A stretch of 63,155 nt of DNA, filler included, from Lenisia limosa (taxonomy: Eukaryota; Protista; Breviatea), in NCBI GenBank assembly GCA_001655205.1. It is 5 parts of 5 records of this genome, joined end to end, with 100 filler letters (N's around TTAATTAATTAA, not from the genome) between each part and the next. Parts side by side here need not be neighbours in the genome. Positions count along the whole stretch, not along the records: positions 1 to 29,684 come from LPNZ01004562.1; 4 more parts are not named here. One strand, given 5' to 3'. Of this stretch, positions 15,383 through 28,799 are shown piece after piece (position 1 is the first letter of the stretch; every line of letters starts with the position of its first letter). The notes below the pieces were generated by a model. It was not told the DNA's origin and did no database searches. It worked only from the letters and a program-made list of their open reading frames with translations. Position numbers and translations under genes: made by a program.

Positions 15383-17894
15383 ATGCTCCTCGCCTTGATG
15401 AGGCCTTTTCTTATCTTCATTCTGGCTTTCCAGGTGACTGCTTTCTTGTAGGATCGGATTGTTCATGGCTTTTTTTTATTTTGGGCGTTTTAACTTGATA
15501 CCTTGCTTGAGTGATGAGTGTAATACTCATTCCTTCGGTTCAACCAATCAAGCTATTCGCTTACCCTTCAGGAAAGTTGCATCAGATGGTGACACTATTG
15601 AGTAGGCTTGGTTTGAATTTGAACACATCAGTTCTAAGGGTAAGAATAATTTCTGTTCATTTCTGGATTAGTGCTGTCCCCAGTCAGTTCCTTGTTTCAC
15701 GAGAGACTTTACTGCAGAATCCTCCCCTCCCCTCCCCTCCTCCATCCGAATTCCCCTCACATTCCTCAGGGCCTCTATCATCAACGCCAATGAGGCCACT
15801 GTGTCCACTTTGAAGGTCGAAACCGTTCAGTTCATCTCCCCTGACAAAACGGTAGGCTTGCTTCATGTGAAGCCAACAAGATTCGTGAGAACAAAGGTCA
15901 TTTCGGCTGAGTGCTTCTTTGAATTCAACTCTCATAGTCCTTTCTTTCATATTTGCAGAACTTCAACCAGGACGATTGGGACTACCTCTCAAACCTCGGT
16001 AAGCTCAGGTGGCTGTAAGAGAATGAATCTATACATATCGCATATACACGACAGCACCTCATATTGCAGCCAAATTGAACCGCAAGTTCCTCAGCTGCTC
16101 TGAAGTTCGGGCTGCGGGGCTCCCTTCAGGGTTCTATACGATTAATGGGGTGGGCAAGGTTCTATGGTGGGGAATTGAATTATTTCAAGATAACAGTTCC
16201 CAAATTTCTGACATTGGGGATATGTTCATAATGAAACATAATAAATTGGTTTGATACTGTTTTCTTTCTTCATATGTAATCTGGTGAGAAAAAGCGTGAA
16301 CGTGTTGAAGTGTGCTTGGGCCAAACAACAAATCTTGAATAGTTTCTGTATTTTTGATTCATTTCTATTGTCTATTGCCTTTGACCTTCCAGATTCAAGA
16401 GGAGTGCTACATCACTGAAACGAAGAGTTTCAAGAAGTGGGAGTTATCAAAGTGATTTCTGCTATTGATTGAATATCTAAATGAAACTGGAGATGTGTTT
16501 CTGTTTTTACTCCTATTTTTTGTTTTCTTCACTGTTTCAGGGTCATACACAGTAACGCTGGCAAACACTACGTTCCAAATGAGCAAACCATCCCCTTCCA
16601 TTTCTGGACGCAGAACTTCACCTCGGGCAGCCCTAGTGATGGTGGGAGGGGGGTCAGTTTGACCCGAAAAAAACTGCGTTAAGTGAACATTCCTTAATTC
16701 GGTATTTCAACATTTTTTGGGGGATTTTTTTTTTTTACCTTATAATGGATAGTGGGTTTGTGTGTGTCTGGGTAGGGGGTATTGTTTTCTTAATTGTACT
16801 CGAGAAAAATGACAAAAGATAATCGCCTTTTAGATTCTGCATTCTTTGTCTCCGAGGCCTTTTACACCGACATCCCTGTTAACCCTATTCTTATCACTAG
16901 TATGGGGAACTTAAGCAGTAGTATATGATGGGCTGGTTCTTTGTATTATAGAGTCACACTGCTATTAAACTATGAATAAACAGTCATAATTGAAACTCAA
17001 ATTGAGTTTTTTCTTGGCGACTCATTTCTGACTTGTCAATCCTAAACAATCCCCTTATTTGACCGTCTAGCTGCCAATGGGATTGTGGATGTGAAGACCA
17101 TGCTTCTTAATGATTTTACTGTCAGTGCTGGCGACCAGTTGAAGGATTTTACCAGTCGCATTACTGGAGTAGGCCACGCTCAAATTATTCTGCTATACTT
17201 TTGACTCCACGCTTTCTTGACATCATTAATAATTTGCTCTAATCGCCCAGACGTATGACAGCAATCTTCCCACCGAATCGAAGAACATCAACTTCAACGA
17301 CATGCATTTCGTTACATCCTAGTGAGCCTGGCCCCTTCTAATCTCGGAAGAGTTTGGCTTTGGATCTTTCGCTGTTCTCAGAACAAAATTTCTACTTCCA
17401 CCTCACGTTTTAGTTACGAACGTGCTGCTGCACATACGCACCATATCGTTTATATGTCGTTCCACCAAAGCAGTTCCGCTGCCTCTCACAATGACTTCCT
17501 CTGCATCGACCCTCATTATAACAAATATGAGGGAGCTTGTTCCTCCTATATTGGTGAGCGCACACTACTAACATTTGTTTTGAATCAATACAAAACAACA
17601 TATTATGCTTATATGATATGATGATATGACATATCATCATAAATTTTTGATACATCAGAGTCAACGTATTTAACTCTGTCCAGCCAACGAGGGTGCTTTA
17701 CCTGGTGTTTGCGCCGTGCGTGAGCGTAACGAAGCTGGCAGTAACCACCCCACTCAGTGCAGCAGCTCGGTGGGTGGATCCTTCTGCTCATTTTGTCTTT
17801 TACACTACGCTTTATTTTGTATTATTTTCATAGTCCGCATTCACTTTTTCAGACCATGAACGATGTCCTAGTTGAAATGTTTTATGAAAACTAA
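15383..17894 (+). CDS. Secreted protein with a fibrinogen-C-terminal-like (FReD/intelectin-like) segment
   Basis: Signal-peptide-like MLLALMRPFLIFILAFQ. Exon LSCSEVRAAGLPSGFYTING followed by EECYITETKSFKKWVI resembles the FReD start (SCxxI..G..SG.Y.I...YCdm...W). Final exon TMNDVLVEMFYEN*. Confidence 0.5.
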
Positions 17895-18355
17895 GGTGTT
17901 GAGTGTTTTGTATCAGCCAATGACATATGATATGTATACATATCATATGTATGTCTGCAAGATAATGACTGGATCCGGAGGAGGTGTAGAAATGAGAAAG
18001 TTTACAAGGTAGCTGTCCGATGGAACGAAATATCCTATGATATGTATTATTGAATTGAATACGGTTGGGTAGCCTGGCCTTTTACTCTAATGCCTCGTTG
18101 AATGACGAAAGCTGTCAGGTGAAATGAATCAAATTAGAATGTGGTATATTTTCTGAAACAAAAAAGAGTAACAGTCAGAGCGAAACTGATTTAATCTCTT
18201 CTTCAGAATTTGGGGCTAGAAAACATCTCAGACAACTTGACCGTTCACAACCTTAATAATGATACGATATGATAAGATATATCATTATTTAACGATAGTT
18301 AGCACGCATAGGTGTGCTTGAAATGAGGCATCTTCTTTACAGGTAAATCTCTAGT

Positions 18356-21300
18356 TTATCTTACCTCTCCTTCCTGAGGCGCTCGGGAGCTGAATTTGCC
18401 TTCAGGACTCACCTCAAAAATCTGTGGAAATTAGAAAATGCTCCACATCACTTTCAATAAATTTTTACGTGTTGGTAAACAAACCTGTCCAGTTTTCATG
18501 TAGAGAGCCTGTTTTGAGTCACGTGTGATACCTCCGGACTCCAAGGATTGAAGATACACCCGATTGGCCTCATTGACCTACGGGTGAAATAAGTTGGAAT
18601 GAAACTGAATGCGAGGGCAAAGTAAGGGATGACGGCATTAACTCAAAATTTCCAAAAATTCAAAACAGCATCACTACGGCGCATCGACTTGGGATTCCTA
18701 TGAAAACGTTGGAATTCCCATATTTTACATGGGAATCCCATGGAATTTTATGAATGTGGGGAGTAGGATAACCCCAAAGAACGACAAGCCCCCACCCACC
18801 TCCGTGAGATTTCTTATGGCTAAAAGAGCCCATTCTTTCAACACTAAATCGGTAAGGTTCAAGGAGGGTAAGATAATGGATGCAAACTGCTTTGGTGACA
18901 AATAAATAAATGACGCCTACATGGGGCATCCTCGTGGATGGAGGTGAAGGCCAGAAGTAGCGGCAATCCCTCCAGTTCTCTCACCTGAGCGATCACGAGT
19001 TTTGAAAGAGTCCAAAATACCGATTGAAAAGTTATGTATAGTCAGGGTATGGAGATGGTTAACAATTGTCCTCGCGGTTCTACAAAGTGGAGGAATATGC
19101 CGAAGATACAGAAAACAAGGAGTTATCCAAGGGAACTCAGATTAAAATAGGATATTCCATTGTTTCTCGTGAACTTGCCAACCCTGTCTTGCGCTTCAAC
19201 GTTTCTAAAGCACAAGTTCGCAATGCATCGAATACATGACGTTTTCAGGAGAAGGGCCAGGGATTCACTAGGAAGAAGGGACTCCATAGAAGGCTCTTGA
19301 ATGTTAAAAATGCTGCCAAGTCTGAATAACTCCATGTAATGAGCAAAAGTTCCCCAGACTTGAGGTTGTTTCGATTTCGTCGGAGACTTCTTCAATGACT
19401 GGTTCAACTTTTCCACCTACATATGTCACTCATTTTAAAAAATTGAAACAAGTACTGAAAGTGATATGTCAAAAAAGAGAATATGTGCGCCATTAACTAT
19501 TGTATTTGGTGAAACGACATGCAGCTGGTATGCAACATGCAGAAAGCAGATGACAAGGAATTGAAAGGCTAATCCAGAAAGTGGCAAAAAGTTCCATCAT
19601 ACCAGCCTTATATGTTTGCGGTGGGTATGAGGTGTACAGTTCTCGAAGTAATCGAACCAGGGTTCGGATAACATCCGAAGAGGTCATTTGCCGAAGAGCT
19701 GACGGTTGGTCCATTCTGGAACAAACTTATTATCACTTTGGTTGATTATAAAGAGGATCGGTAGACCAGCAAAAAATGTATTGGGTTTTTGCTGAATTAG
19801 AACCTTAGAAGCCCTGATTTCCATTCCTCAAACCGAGCAGCAGCTTCACTAACAAGATGGAGGACAGTGGCCGCCTGTTGGAACCTTGTCACAACAATCT
19901 ATTTAGTTACTAGCAACAGGATGAAAGGCAACTTCATTTGTCAACCTTATGCAAATATTCCATCTTTTACATTTTTAAAATAATACACATACATTTTAAA
20001 GAGTCCAAGAGCCAAAATACCTCTGGCGATGACAAATCAATTCTTTGGAGGTTGCTGCTGTCCTTTTCTTCTTTTTCAGCCTGAAAAAAGGGTCAAACTC
20101 AGCACACAACAAATGAATAATAAGAGAAGTGAACGAACAGTATGTAGCTTCTATGGGATCTATTTCAGCTAAAAACAATTATCAGAAAACATCAATTTAT
20201 TGATACAATCCGTCTTTTGTGCCTCTGAAGTGGATCACTTCTTGCTTTACTTGAAGAAACACTGGTTTTCTCACCTTTTTCTTCGCTTCATGTTCGAGAG
20301 CATCATAGGGGTTGTCGAATTCTGGCTCCTCTTCCTCTTTGGGGTAGGTCTGGGCAGCCAAGTCTACACACGTTAGCAAGGAGTAATGTATGATACAACG
20401 CATTATATGATCAAAGCCACCCCCTTATAATCATATTCAAAGCCACCCGCTTATACTCATATTCATTATATTGGTGTCTTTTTGAGAAAATCCTTTTTTT
20501 TTTAATTCACGAGTACATTTACTCCAGTATCCACCATCCCCCCACTTTCGCCTTTGAGAGCAGCATCGATATGCGCACGAACAACCTGGAGGGTTTCGGA
20601 GGCCCACTCCACCATCGGTACCAATGAAAGTCGAACAATGTCGCATACGGCAGCGAGGGGAATTGTCATTTCTGACCAGCGTGAGGACAATAAAATAGGT
20701 AAAAGAGAAAGTAATAAGTATTCTCATTCTGTAGTATAAACCTGGACGACACCTCTCAAAATTTGATATTTCGAAGAGAACTCTCTTTCCATGTACCAGA
20801 TTGGGTTGCAAGGGCCTCGGAAGAAGGCGTGCAGCAGAAGTCAAGAAGAGGGGGATTTTTGGTCAGGCATTCTTCAGCAAATGTCAATAGAAGGTGCTGA
20901 GTTGTAATCATTGAAGACAAATAATATTAGCTACAAAATGACTTCGTGCAATTTTGATACAATAACATGCCTCAAATGGGCTATTGTTACAATATGCTGC
21001 ACTTATAATTATTCAAATAACTGCAAGGAACCGAAAATATGTTTGTCAACATACTGATTCGTTAAAGGATGGTGAAAGATTAAAAGATTAAACCTAAAAC
21101 TACCTGATGATGAGTGAGCTTCTGTCTCTTTCTGGTTTGCAAATGTCCTCCATCCACGGCCTTCCAGAGGGCCTCGAAATCACTTGCGTAAACAAGGTGT
21201 GCCAAGAGTAGCGTGCAGTGTTCAACAGCTCTCACAACTGACACAGGCTTTTCCTCTGGGGGGAGGGTGAAAAGGATATGATATAGTATACTATATAGTA

Positions 21301-22821
21301 TATGTATATATATATTCATGTTGTATTTCCGAGAAGATAATCTGGGTGCACCCCCACCAGTTCATTGCTTGCACTACCACCAGTTCATTGCTTGCACCCC
21401 CACCAGTTTCAACTTCAAGTAAATTGGTGACAGTCGTCATGATGGAGCGGTTGCTTGCAATCTATAAGATGAGTTTTCAGGATGGCATAATTTTCTTGAA
21501 ATTAAAAAGCGTTATTTCAGATGATTATTTTACATTAACTTCAGACGAGAGGCACCTTGCCCCAAATATCTTGGGCCTGAACACAAAATTAAGATAGGTA
21601 TTTGTGATATTGAACATACCTACTCTACGCCACCCTCCCACCGCAGCTGCACGAGCTTTCTTCCGCGCCACCATTGTCAGCAAAAGGGCGGCTGCGTCAG
21701 CCACCACGCCATAGTCCAAAGACGGCAGCAAAGCATCGAAGAGTGGTGACTCATTCTGCTCTTCCGCAAGACCCAAAAGAGACCACACTGCGGCCGCAGC
21801 GACTTCGGACTCAACTCCGCAGTATGCAGACATGTTCGTGAGACACTGCAACGCGGCTCGAAGGGCTGGTGGCGCTGATGATGGTGACAGATGAAGGAAT
21901 AATGGTAAACTTAACGAAGAATGGCGAAGATACAATACATCATAATATATCATAGAGTATATATCATATATAGAAATAAGATGTTAATTGCAAAAAATAT
22001 GACAGAAAAAAGTAAGAGCAAAGAAATACCTCCTACCCCTGACATCCACAGTTTCGTTATCTGGTGCTTCCTGCCACTTTTTGGCAGCGTCAGTTGCCAA
22101 TTGAACTAATATTCCTTTTTTGTCAGAGATATAATCATAGTCGATTTTCATGTCCAATTATAAGTGCATTCACCATCAAAGATGTTGCAAAAAGAACAAT
22201 GAAATAATTTATACGGCTTCTGCCAAACAAAACCTTGTTATATTTCTCATCTCTGTATATATTATGGAGATAATGGAAGAACAGATTGGAAGACCCAAGA
22301 AAGGCATGTAAATATTTCTTTCAATTTCCGTCTGAGTCTTTTTGGAAAGTCAAAATAAAAATTGATAGTCAAGAATAGAAGGTGATGGAAAACTAACCTG
22401 GTAGCTTGAGGTCCGCGAAACGTTTTTGCACTGCGCATTGTCCAGCACACATATTGCGTGCCACCTTGATCGACCAGAGTTTAACCTCATTACTGCTGTT
22501 GAAAACAGCAGCAACAAGGGACTTACAACATGGCAGAAGAGCAAATCTAAACTGTCAGCATTCCATTGGGTGAGTCACACACAAGCGGACCCCCTCTATA
22601 TAATACAGAACAGTCCAGCCAACCTTGCTTCGGGCTGTCGGATGGTGGTCTGAAAAATAGACTGAAGGTTTGAAATCGATCCTAAAAGGTATCAAAATAG
22701 GGTGCTATGACAGATAAAAATCCAGGCATGGTGCAACGGTGGTCGGGTGGCGTGGTGACAGGATATCGATTTCCAGCAAACCTTCTTTCAAAGCTTGTTC
22801 TAACTTCTCACACAATGCCAT
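18356..22821 (-). CDS. ATXN10: Ataxin-10-like armadillo-repeat protein
   Basis: KTSCIRCIANLCFRNVEAQDR-VRELEGLPLLLAFTSIHEDAP-LKEWALLAIRNLTE-VNEANR matches the ataxin-10 C-terminal domain. N-terminal WSIKVARNMCAG and ALQCLTNMS motifs. Start and stop positions are approximate. Confidence 0.78.
21347..21408. repeat. 23-bp tandem repeat x~2.7 (intronic)
   Basis: tgcac(cc/ta)ccaccagttcattgct repeated. Confidence 0.9.
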
Positions 22822-22979
22822 TGAGATGAAAGCGGATATAAGAGGCGTTTTAAAAAAGAGGTTCAGTTTATAGACAATCTCTCTGGGGATGCTCTCCGTC
22901 TTTGCTCCTTTTATGATTTTTTGTTTTTTCATTTGCCAACAAGTTATATATTTAAGACATAATGACAGTGCCATTGATG

Positions 22980-23953
22980 AAACTACCGTTAGGAGACGCA
23001 GGGTCAGTTAGCCCCGATGCTGCTGGTTGCTCTGCTGTACCGTATGCTTGCCACCATAGCTGGAATAGCATTATATAACATATTTAAAAGCGTAAATGAA
23101 GAGCTTGATATTCAAACGGGTTCCCCTTTCGAAGCATTCCTGTGTCAGGAGGATCTGACTCTCTAGGACCAACAATCTGATGCTTACTTTCGCTTTCGAC
23201 GGCGGCTTTAGCTTCAAACACCCTGCACATCTTGATGAAACGTTTGCTGGGGTGGTTGTACCAATGGCCCTCCTCTTTTTAACGTGGATTTTTTTGCACT
23301 TTTCACTGTTCTTATCTTCTTGGGGATGGCAAACAAAGGGAGTGGTGATTTGCGAAGGTGTTTTTTGGCGGTTTATTTTCATTAATACACATAAAGTACA
23401 AATACTATAATTTTGTTTTTGGTTTGTAAATGTGGCGTTCACTCCTGCGGAAGCTTTCCTTGTGTGACCTTTCAGTGTGTCCATGGTGAAAAGGCGCTTT
23501 AACGACTATTTCGAAGTCCCATATCAGAACATAATGATGACACTTGATGAAAGGTTTGCAGGGACCATGGGTTGGTGACCTTTTTATTGAACATGCTAAG
23601 TATGGCAACCCTATACGCGCACTCATATGCCCTATATCCCCTTTATTGATCAACGGATGACGTATTTTAACCCTGAAATATTGAGCATGGTATGACTCTT
23701 ATATTCTATTAATATTGTACCAAGAGACTCCTTTTCATTTCCCATTGTACATATTGATCGTGACTAAGATAAGGACTGACCCTATTTCAATGATACTATT
23801 TCCACAGCAACAGATTAGTATAACCGCTTTAGTCCCCTTATCGACCCCCTTTCTCTCAACGACTTCCCCGCAATTGTTGAAAACCCACAATCTGTTGTCA
23901 TCCAAATGAAAGTGGGGGAATATTTGCTCTAAAAATGCAGAAATGCACATCAT
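22980..23953 (-). CDS. Possible multi-exon orphan gene
   Basis: Several GT-AG-bounded open stretches on the minus strand (e.g. VKIRHPLINKGDIGHMSARIGLPYLACSIK; LWWQAYGTAEQPAASG). No recognisable family and no unique splice path. Confidence 0.3.
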
Positions 23954-24066
23954 GACTATGACTAGCTGAATTTTATGGCTTTTTTATTTTTTAAAACCGT
24001 TCATAATCGGTTTATTTTTTCACTCCAAAGCTCTCGGAGGCACTCAGCGACTCAGCGCGAGAACTG

Positions 24067-25357
24067 ATGGAAAAGTCCATGCAGGACGGGTCCAAACCTG
24101 TCGGCTCGGCTGCAATGGCTGCTGCCGCCGGTTCTGAGTGGGGGGGGGGGGTAAATCGTAAAATATTATTACGCTATTCCACCAAAAAATATTCCCTTTT
24201 TTGCTCATTTTCTGTTTTAGTTCGCCCAAAAGCCCAAAGTCCCCGAAATCGCCAAAATCGCCCAAAACACCAAAAGACGCAAATCCTGATGGTGAGTTGG
24301 TTTTTGTTGCTACACTGATATCTAAAGTTTACTAAATAGTGTTTTGAAGCACTTGTCATAATTTGCAGGACCAACAGATTATGGTGCCGCGGATCTCTTA
24401 CCATCAGCAAGGTCATCGAAGAGTCATGACAGTGATGATGACCTTTTTGAGGTGGGTGTACTCTTGGTATATCTTGGAATCAGTAGTTGTGTATAATATT
24501 GAAAAGAGCCTTCTTTGTGCTGTGATTTCCACATAGTTCCTAAATTAACCAATGAAGGAGGGAGAGCAAGAAACCCCCAGGAAACCTGAGGAGAATACCC
24601 CGGTTCAGCTGAGGCCACTAACATCTGAAGGGCCACGGAAAGAGTGAGGGATTTCACTCTTTCACAATGCATTTCTTCAATCGCTTTTTGTTCTGAATCT
24701 CCTTCACCTGATCTGTTCAATATGACTAATTTTTGCTAGTCATCATGCCCATAGTACCCCCAAGTTTTAGTGTTGATTGCTCGTGTTTGTTGTTGCTTGT
24801 TTTTGATTTTTGTTTGTTTGGAGTTTCAGATTATTCGGTTTGTGATTAGTACTTTTACTATTCTTCATCGAAATTTCCTTCGTTTTACTCCCCCCCCCCA
24901 GACCGATGGTGGCCACAATGGACGACGTTGTGGAAGTCAAATCCGAGAAACCTGATGTTGTGCGTGAAACTCCAACGGAGGGCACACAGACCACCCAGCT
25001 GCAGCCCGTGCAACCCAACGTTGGTTTTGGTTTATATATTTGAGAACTATATTGTACATGTACATAATATAATAACTATAAAAACAACCTTGATACCGAG
25101 TAACAGAAAGCGTTCATGTATCACATGTTACCTTGGAAAGGTCTCAGATGTGAGTGATGAAAGACACTCTTTGATTGACTTGAAACCTTTCACCAGTCTC
25201 TTCAGAAAATGTTGTGTTTACTACATTAAACCGCTAGAAACATCATTTTCATCATTCCATCACCCTGTAGGCACCCGGGGAGGTACAAACACCTGCTCCG
25301 GCCGCGGAACCCGCACCAAAGAAAAAGAAAAAGAAGGGAGGATGCAACATTCTTTAG
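24067..25357 (+). CDS. Disordered SPK-repeat protein with polybasic tail and CaaX box
   Basis: Six exons splice in frame: MEKSMQDG...DSPKSPKSPKSPKSPKTPKD...SDDDLFE-EGEQETPRK...-APAAEPAPKKKKKKGGCNIL*. Confidence 0.68.
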
Positions 25358-25651
25358 TCTGTATTATTGTTGTTTTTTTGTGAGGTGTGTTGTGCCTCTT
25401 ATTGTTTTCTGGTTTTTCTTGTTTCTTATTGGGGTAGTATAGCATGTAGCAAATTTGAAATACTGGTTTGTTTGATTAGTTGAAGCAATACTCCTTGGGC
25501 TATAGTAATACTTTCCTTATGCTTGTGCTATCAATCAAACACTGTAGCGCAAACTCTGAACTAACTCCTCCGCTCGCCACCCCAGGCGGCAAAGCCAGAG
25601 CTGTGAACCTCTGGTGGTTCAGAGTAATATTACATGTTTCCAGGGGTTACA

Positions 25652-28600
25652 TTACTTCTTGCGCTTTTCGGGACGATTCCTTACTTCGGCTTCCTAGAGA
25701 AGTTAGAAAGAAAGACCCATTCCAAAAGCAGAAATGGGACAAGCAGACCTTGCACTGATGCACGTGCAGCTTGGTGATATTGCGTGTCTTCTGCGCGTGG
25801 CCTTCGCTCCAATCGTAGCCACTGGAATAACACAGGAATTGACCTGGGGGGTTAGTGAAGAAACAAATGTGTAACCGAATTGCTACGAAGAAGCATTGTA
25901 TGATATGCCATGAGGAGAAGTTAGGTATAATTATACATATATATTATTTTCTCTTTCATCTGCAGGAAGGCGTAGGGGGGGGGGGATATCGCCACTATTT
26001 AATGATTGTTCCAAAATGCCTTGAACAGCCCACCGTCTTTGCTGAACGCTGCAGCGGTGTAACTGTTTTGAGAGGCCATGTACGACTGAAATGTCAGCGA
26101 AAAAGGGGTCAGGCAATTATAAACACAAATATTCTATCAAAACAAATCAAATGAAGAAACACCAAACAAGAAGTGGTCCAAATGCCGTCCACACCATCAC
26201 TACTATAGTGGCCCGTTCATACCACAAGCTTGTCCCTGGAGTCCTTGCACCATCCGCTGGCCTTGCCGTCACCTCCAAATGTGGCAAATGTACCTGGTAA
26301 TCAATGGTGTCAAGTACTGATGGTATTCTGCAAGTGATAGAACCGCTCGCAACTATTTGTTTTCTACACTCTCATGCTACGATATTGTATAAAATATTAA
26401 CAAAGCATATACTATATAGCTATGTACACACAACAAATGCTTCCATATTATTTATGAAGGTATTATGTGTTACTACACGCATTATAAACTGTCTTATTAT
26501 TACCCTTCGTACCGAAGGTGGGGTGGACAATGACCTTGTTGATGGGGTACGCAATGCCGCTGTTGCCGGTTCCCGTCCGGTGCGCTTTGTATGTGAACCC
26601 TTTCTTGGTTCCGGTTTGATTGGGACTGAATAATGAAGAATTAATCATGAACGTTTGGGCAGCCCTTACAGAGGATCATGACACCCCCCCCCCCCTACAG
26701 AGGATCATTCATATAGGAGATCACGACACGACCTTCGTAACCGCCCAAAACGGCTCCATCTCGGTCCTTAAACACTGATAGCGACCTAAGGGATCAGGGG
26801 CAACAAGGGAGCTATTCAGCAATCGTTGATAAATCTAAGCTGCTTTGTTTCAACAACCTCCCTCACTTGACTTGGCTTTGCACACCACTCGGACATGTTT
26901 TGGCGATTTCCGTGGGCTGCGCAAGTCAGAACAAAAAACAAACTGATCACGAGGGGGGGGGGGACTATTTATGAATTATAAAAAAGAACCCAAAATCAAT
27001 TCTATTAGCTAAATGCGCAATGTAAAACATGCAATGGCAAATCCAGGTGGAAAATAAGGATATCATGTAGTAATAGTATATAATATGTACTATATAATAT
27101 TGTATTTGCATATAATAGTACATGCTATCTGATTATGTCTTATATTATGTTTATAATTGTGTAATATGATATGATACGTGAAACATTAAATAGACAAATC
27201 TGCCCGAAGTCACCCCAAAAAAGAGGCTGGTAGGAACAAACTTTTTCGAGGTTGATGTAGTGAATCTGATTATCGGCAGTGGCAACGCAAGCCATTGGGT
27301 GTTTCACGTCCTGAAAGATTGGAGGTTAAATGACACTGCATTCGTGTGGACTATAGTCTATTCTGCATATGATAATATGTACTATATGAAACCAAAGAGA
27401 GAGGATTTGTTTTATCGGAACAAAGCAATCAAATAATCATCATTATCAAGGATATTGACGAAATAATTTGTTTTTTCTTATCTAATTTTTGTCTTGCAGT
27501 TTGTATTATTTATGTGAGGGAGAACGTGAATTCAATAGCAGCAAATCCAGCCTCAAACCATAGCAATGCACTTGTTGGGAAGTTGAAGAGTGGCTGCATG
27601 GGTTATTTTATAAATGAGAAGCAATATAATGTTATATTTGTTCGAAGCTGCGAGTCCGAATAATTGTTTTTTTAAAAATAAAAATTTCTGGAGAATATGT
27701 AGAGATGAGATAAAAAAAAAATTTGTATCTGACCAAAGCCGTCCACACTATCACGCTTATCAGAGATATTGGGTTATAGTACAATATTAATTCACCCTTA
27801 CAACTCTGTGAACCCAGGTTTCTGAATACCTCATTTCTCGAGAATAGTAAACCGTATTTTAGATAGTGTTCCACGTAACCTTTCAAGCTTTCAACCCAAC
27901 AAACCAGAAGGGGTGCTCTGGGTACAGTTCCAATATGAGAGTTTTCCGTCAAGAGAGGCTATAAAACTGTCAAAAAACCCATGCATATAAAGATGAGTGA
28001 TTTTCATGGATGATGAAGAGTAGATAGAGTATCAAGAAGAACGTACCAGTCATAAGCATGTTAACTTCGGCAACATAAGCAATGGCCATAATTGGCTTGT
28101 CACATGCGGCCACCTTTGAAGGTCAGAAGGATAGAACATAGTATATCAAGTTCGAAGCGTGCTAAACAGCCCTCATACGACTTGGCCTTGTTGAGTCTGA
28201 AGATTCCACATTTTGACTTTGTTGTTACCCGCACAGCCAAAAACAGCACTTCCGTCCTGTAGGTGTGAAGTGGGTAAAAGAAGGAGACCTGGTCACCTGT
28301 CATGCTGTGGGATACTATAAACTGAACACATCTTATGCCGTTTTATCATAGGAAGAAAAGGATGTGGAACACAAAGAAGATTTCCATGCCAACATTCTTC
28401 CAAGCAACGTCAAGAATAGGTGCCTCATCTGTGAACATCATTTTAGCCGCCACGCCTGTTGCTGACACCTCATAAAGCCGGATCTAAACGGAGTTCAACA
28501 AATGCTCAGTATCAGGGGAATCTACAAAGAAAATATTACCGTGCCTGTTCGAACTTTCTCAATAATAACAAAATTATTGGTGTCATCATTAACTATCCAA

Positions 28601-28799
28601 GTGTTGCCTTCAAATAGCCTCCAACCTTGCAATCCCATGATCCAACAGCAATGATATTGGCCTGGGGGCTCCAGCTAATAGAGCTAACGGTGTCTTCGGG
28701 AGGGTTTGCAACCTAAATATATTATTTGAAGCTAGTAAAACCAGCAGAAGATGCCTTATTACAAACCTCATTGTCGTTGCCTCCCTGAACGTCCGTCAT
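25652..28799 (-). CDS. RAE1: mRNA export factor RAE1/Gle2 (WD40)
   Basis: VANPPEDTVSSISWSP...GSWDCKIRLYEV, DGSAVF...KMWNL, HPMACVATAD, GGYEGRV, FTYKAHR, YPINKVIVHPTFGTFATFGGDG and FLCYSSGYDWSEGH, ending RKK*. Confidence 0.93.
27723..27810. repeat. Dispersed ~90-bp repeat, family H, copy 1 (RAE1 intron)
   Basis: Shares gccgtcc..c.atcacgct...gagatattgg.tta.agta.aatattaattcaccc...caactctgt with 52725-52821 and 61221-61298. Confidence 0.85.
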
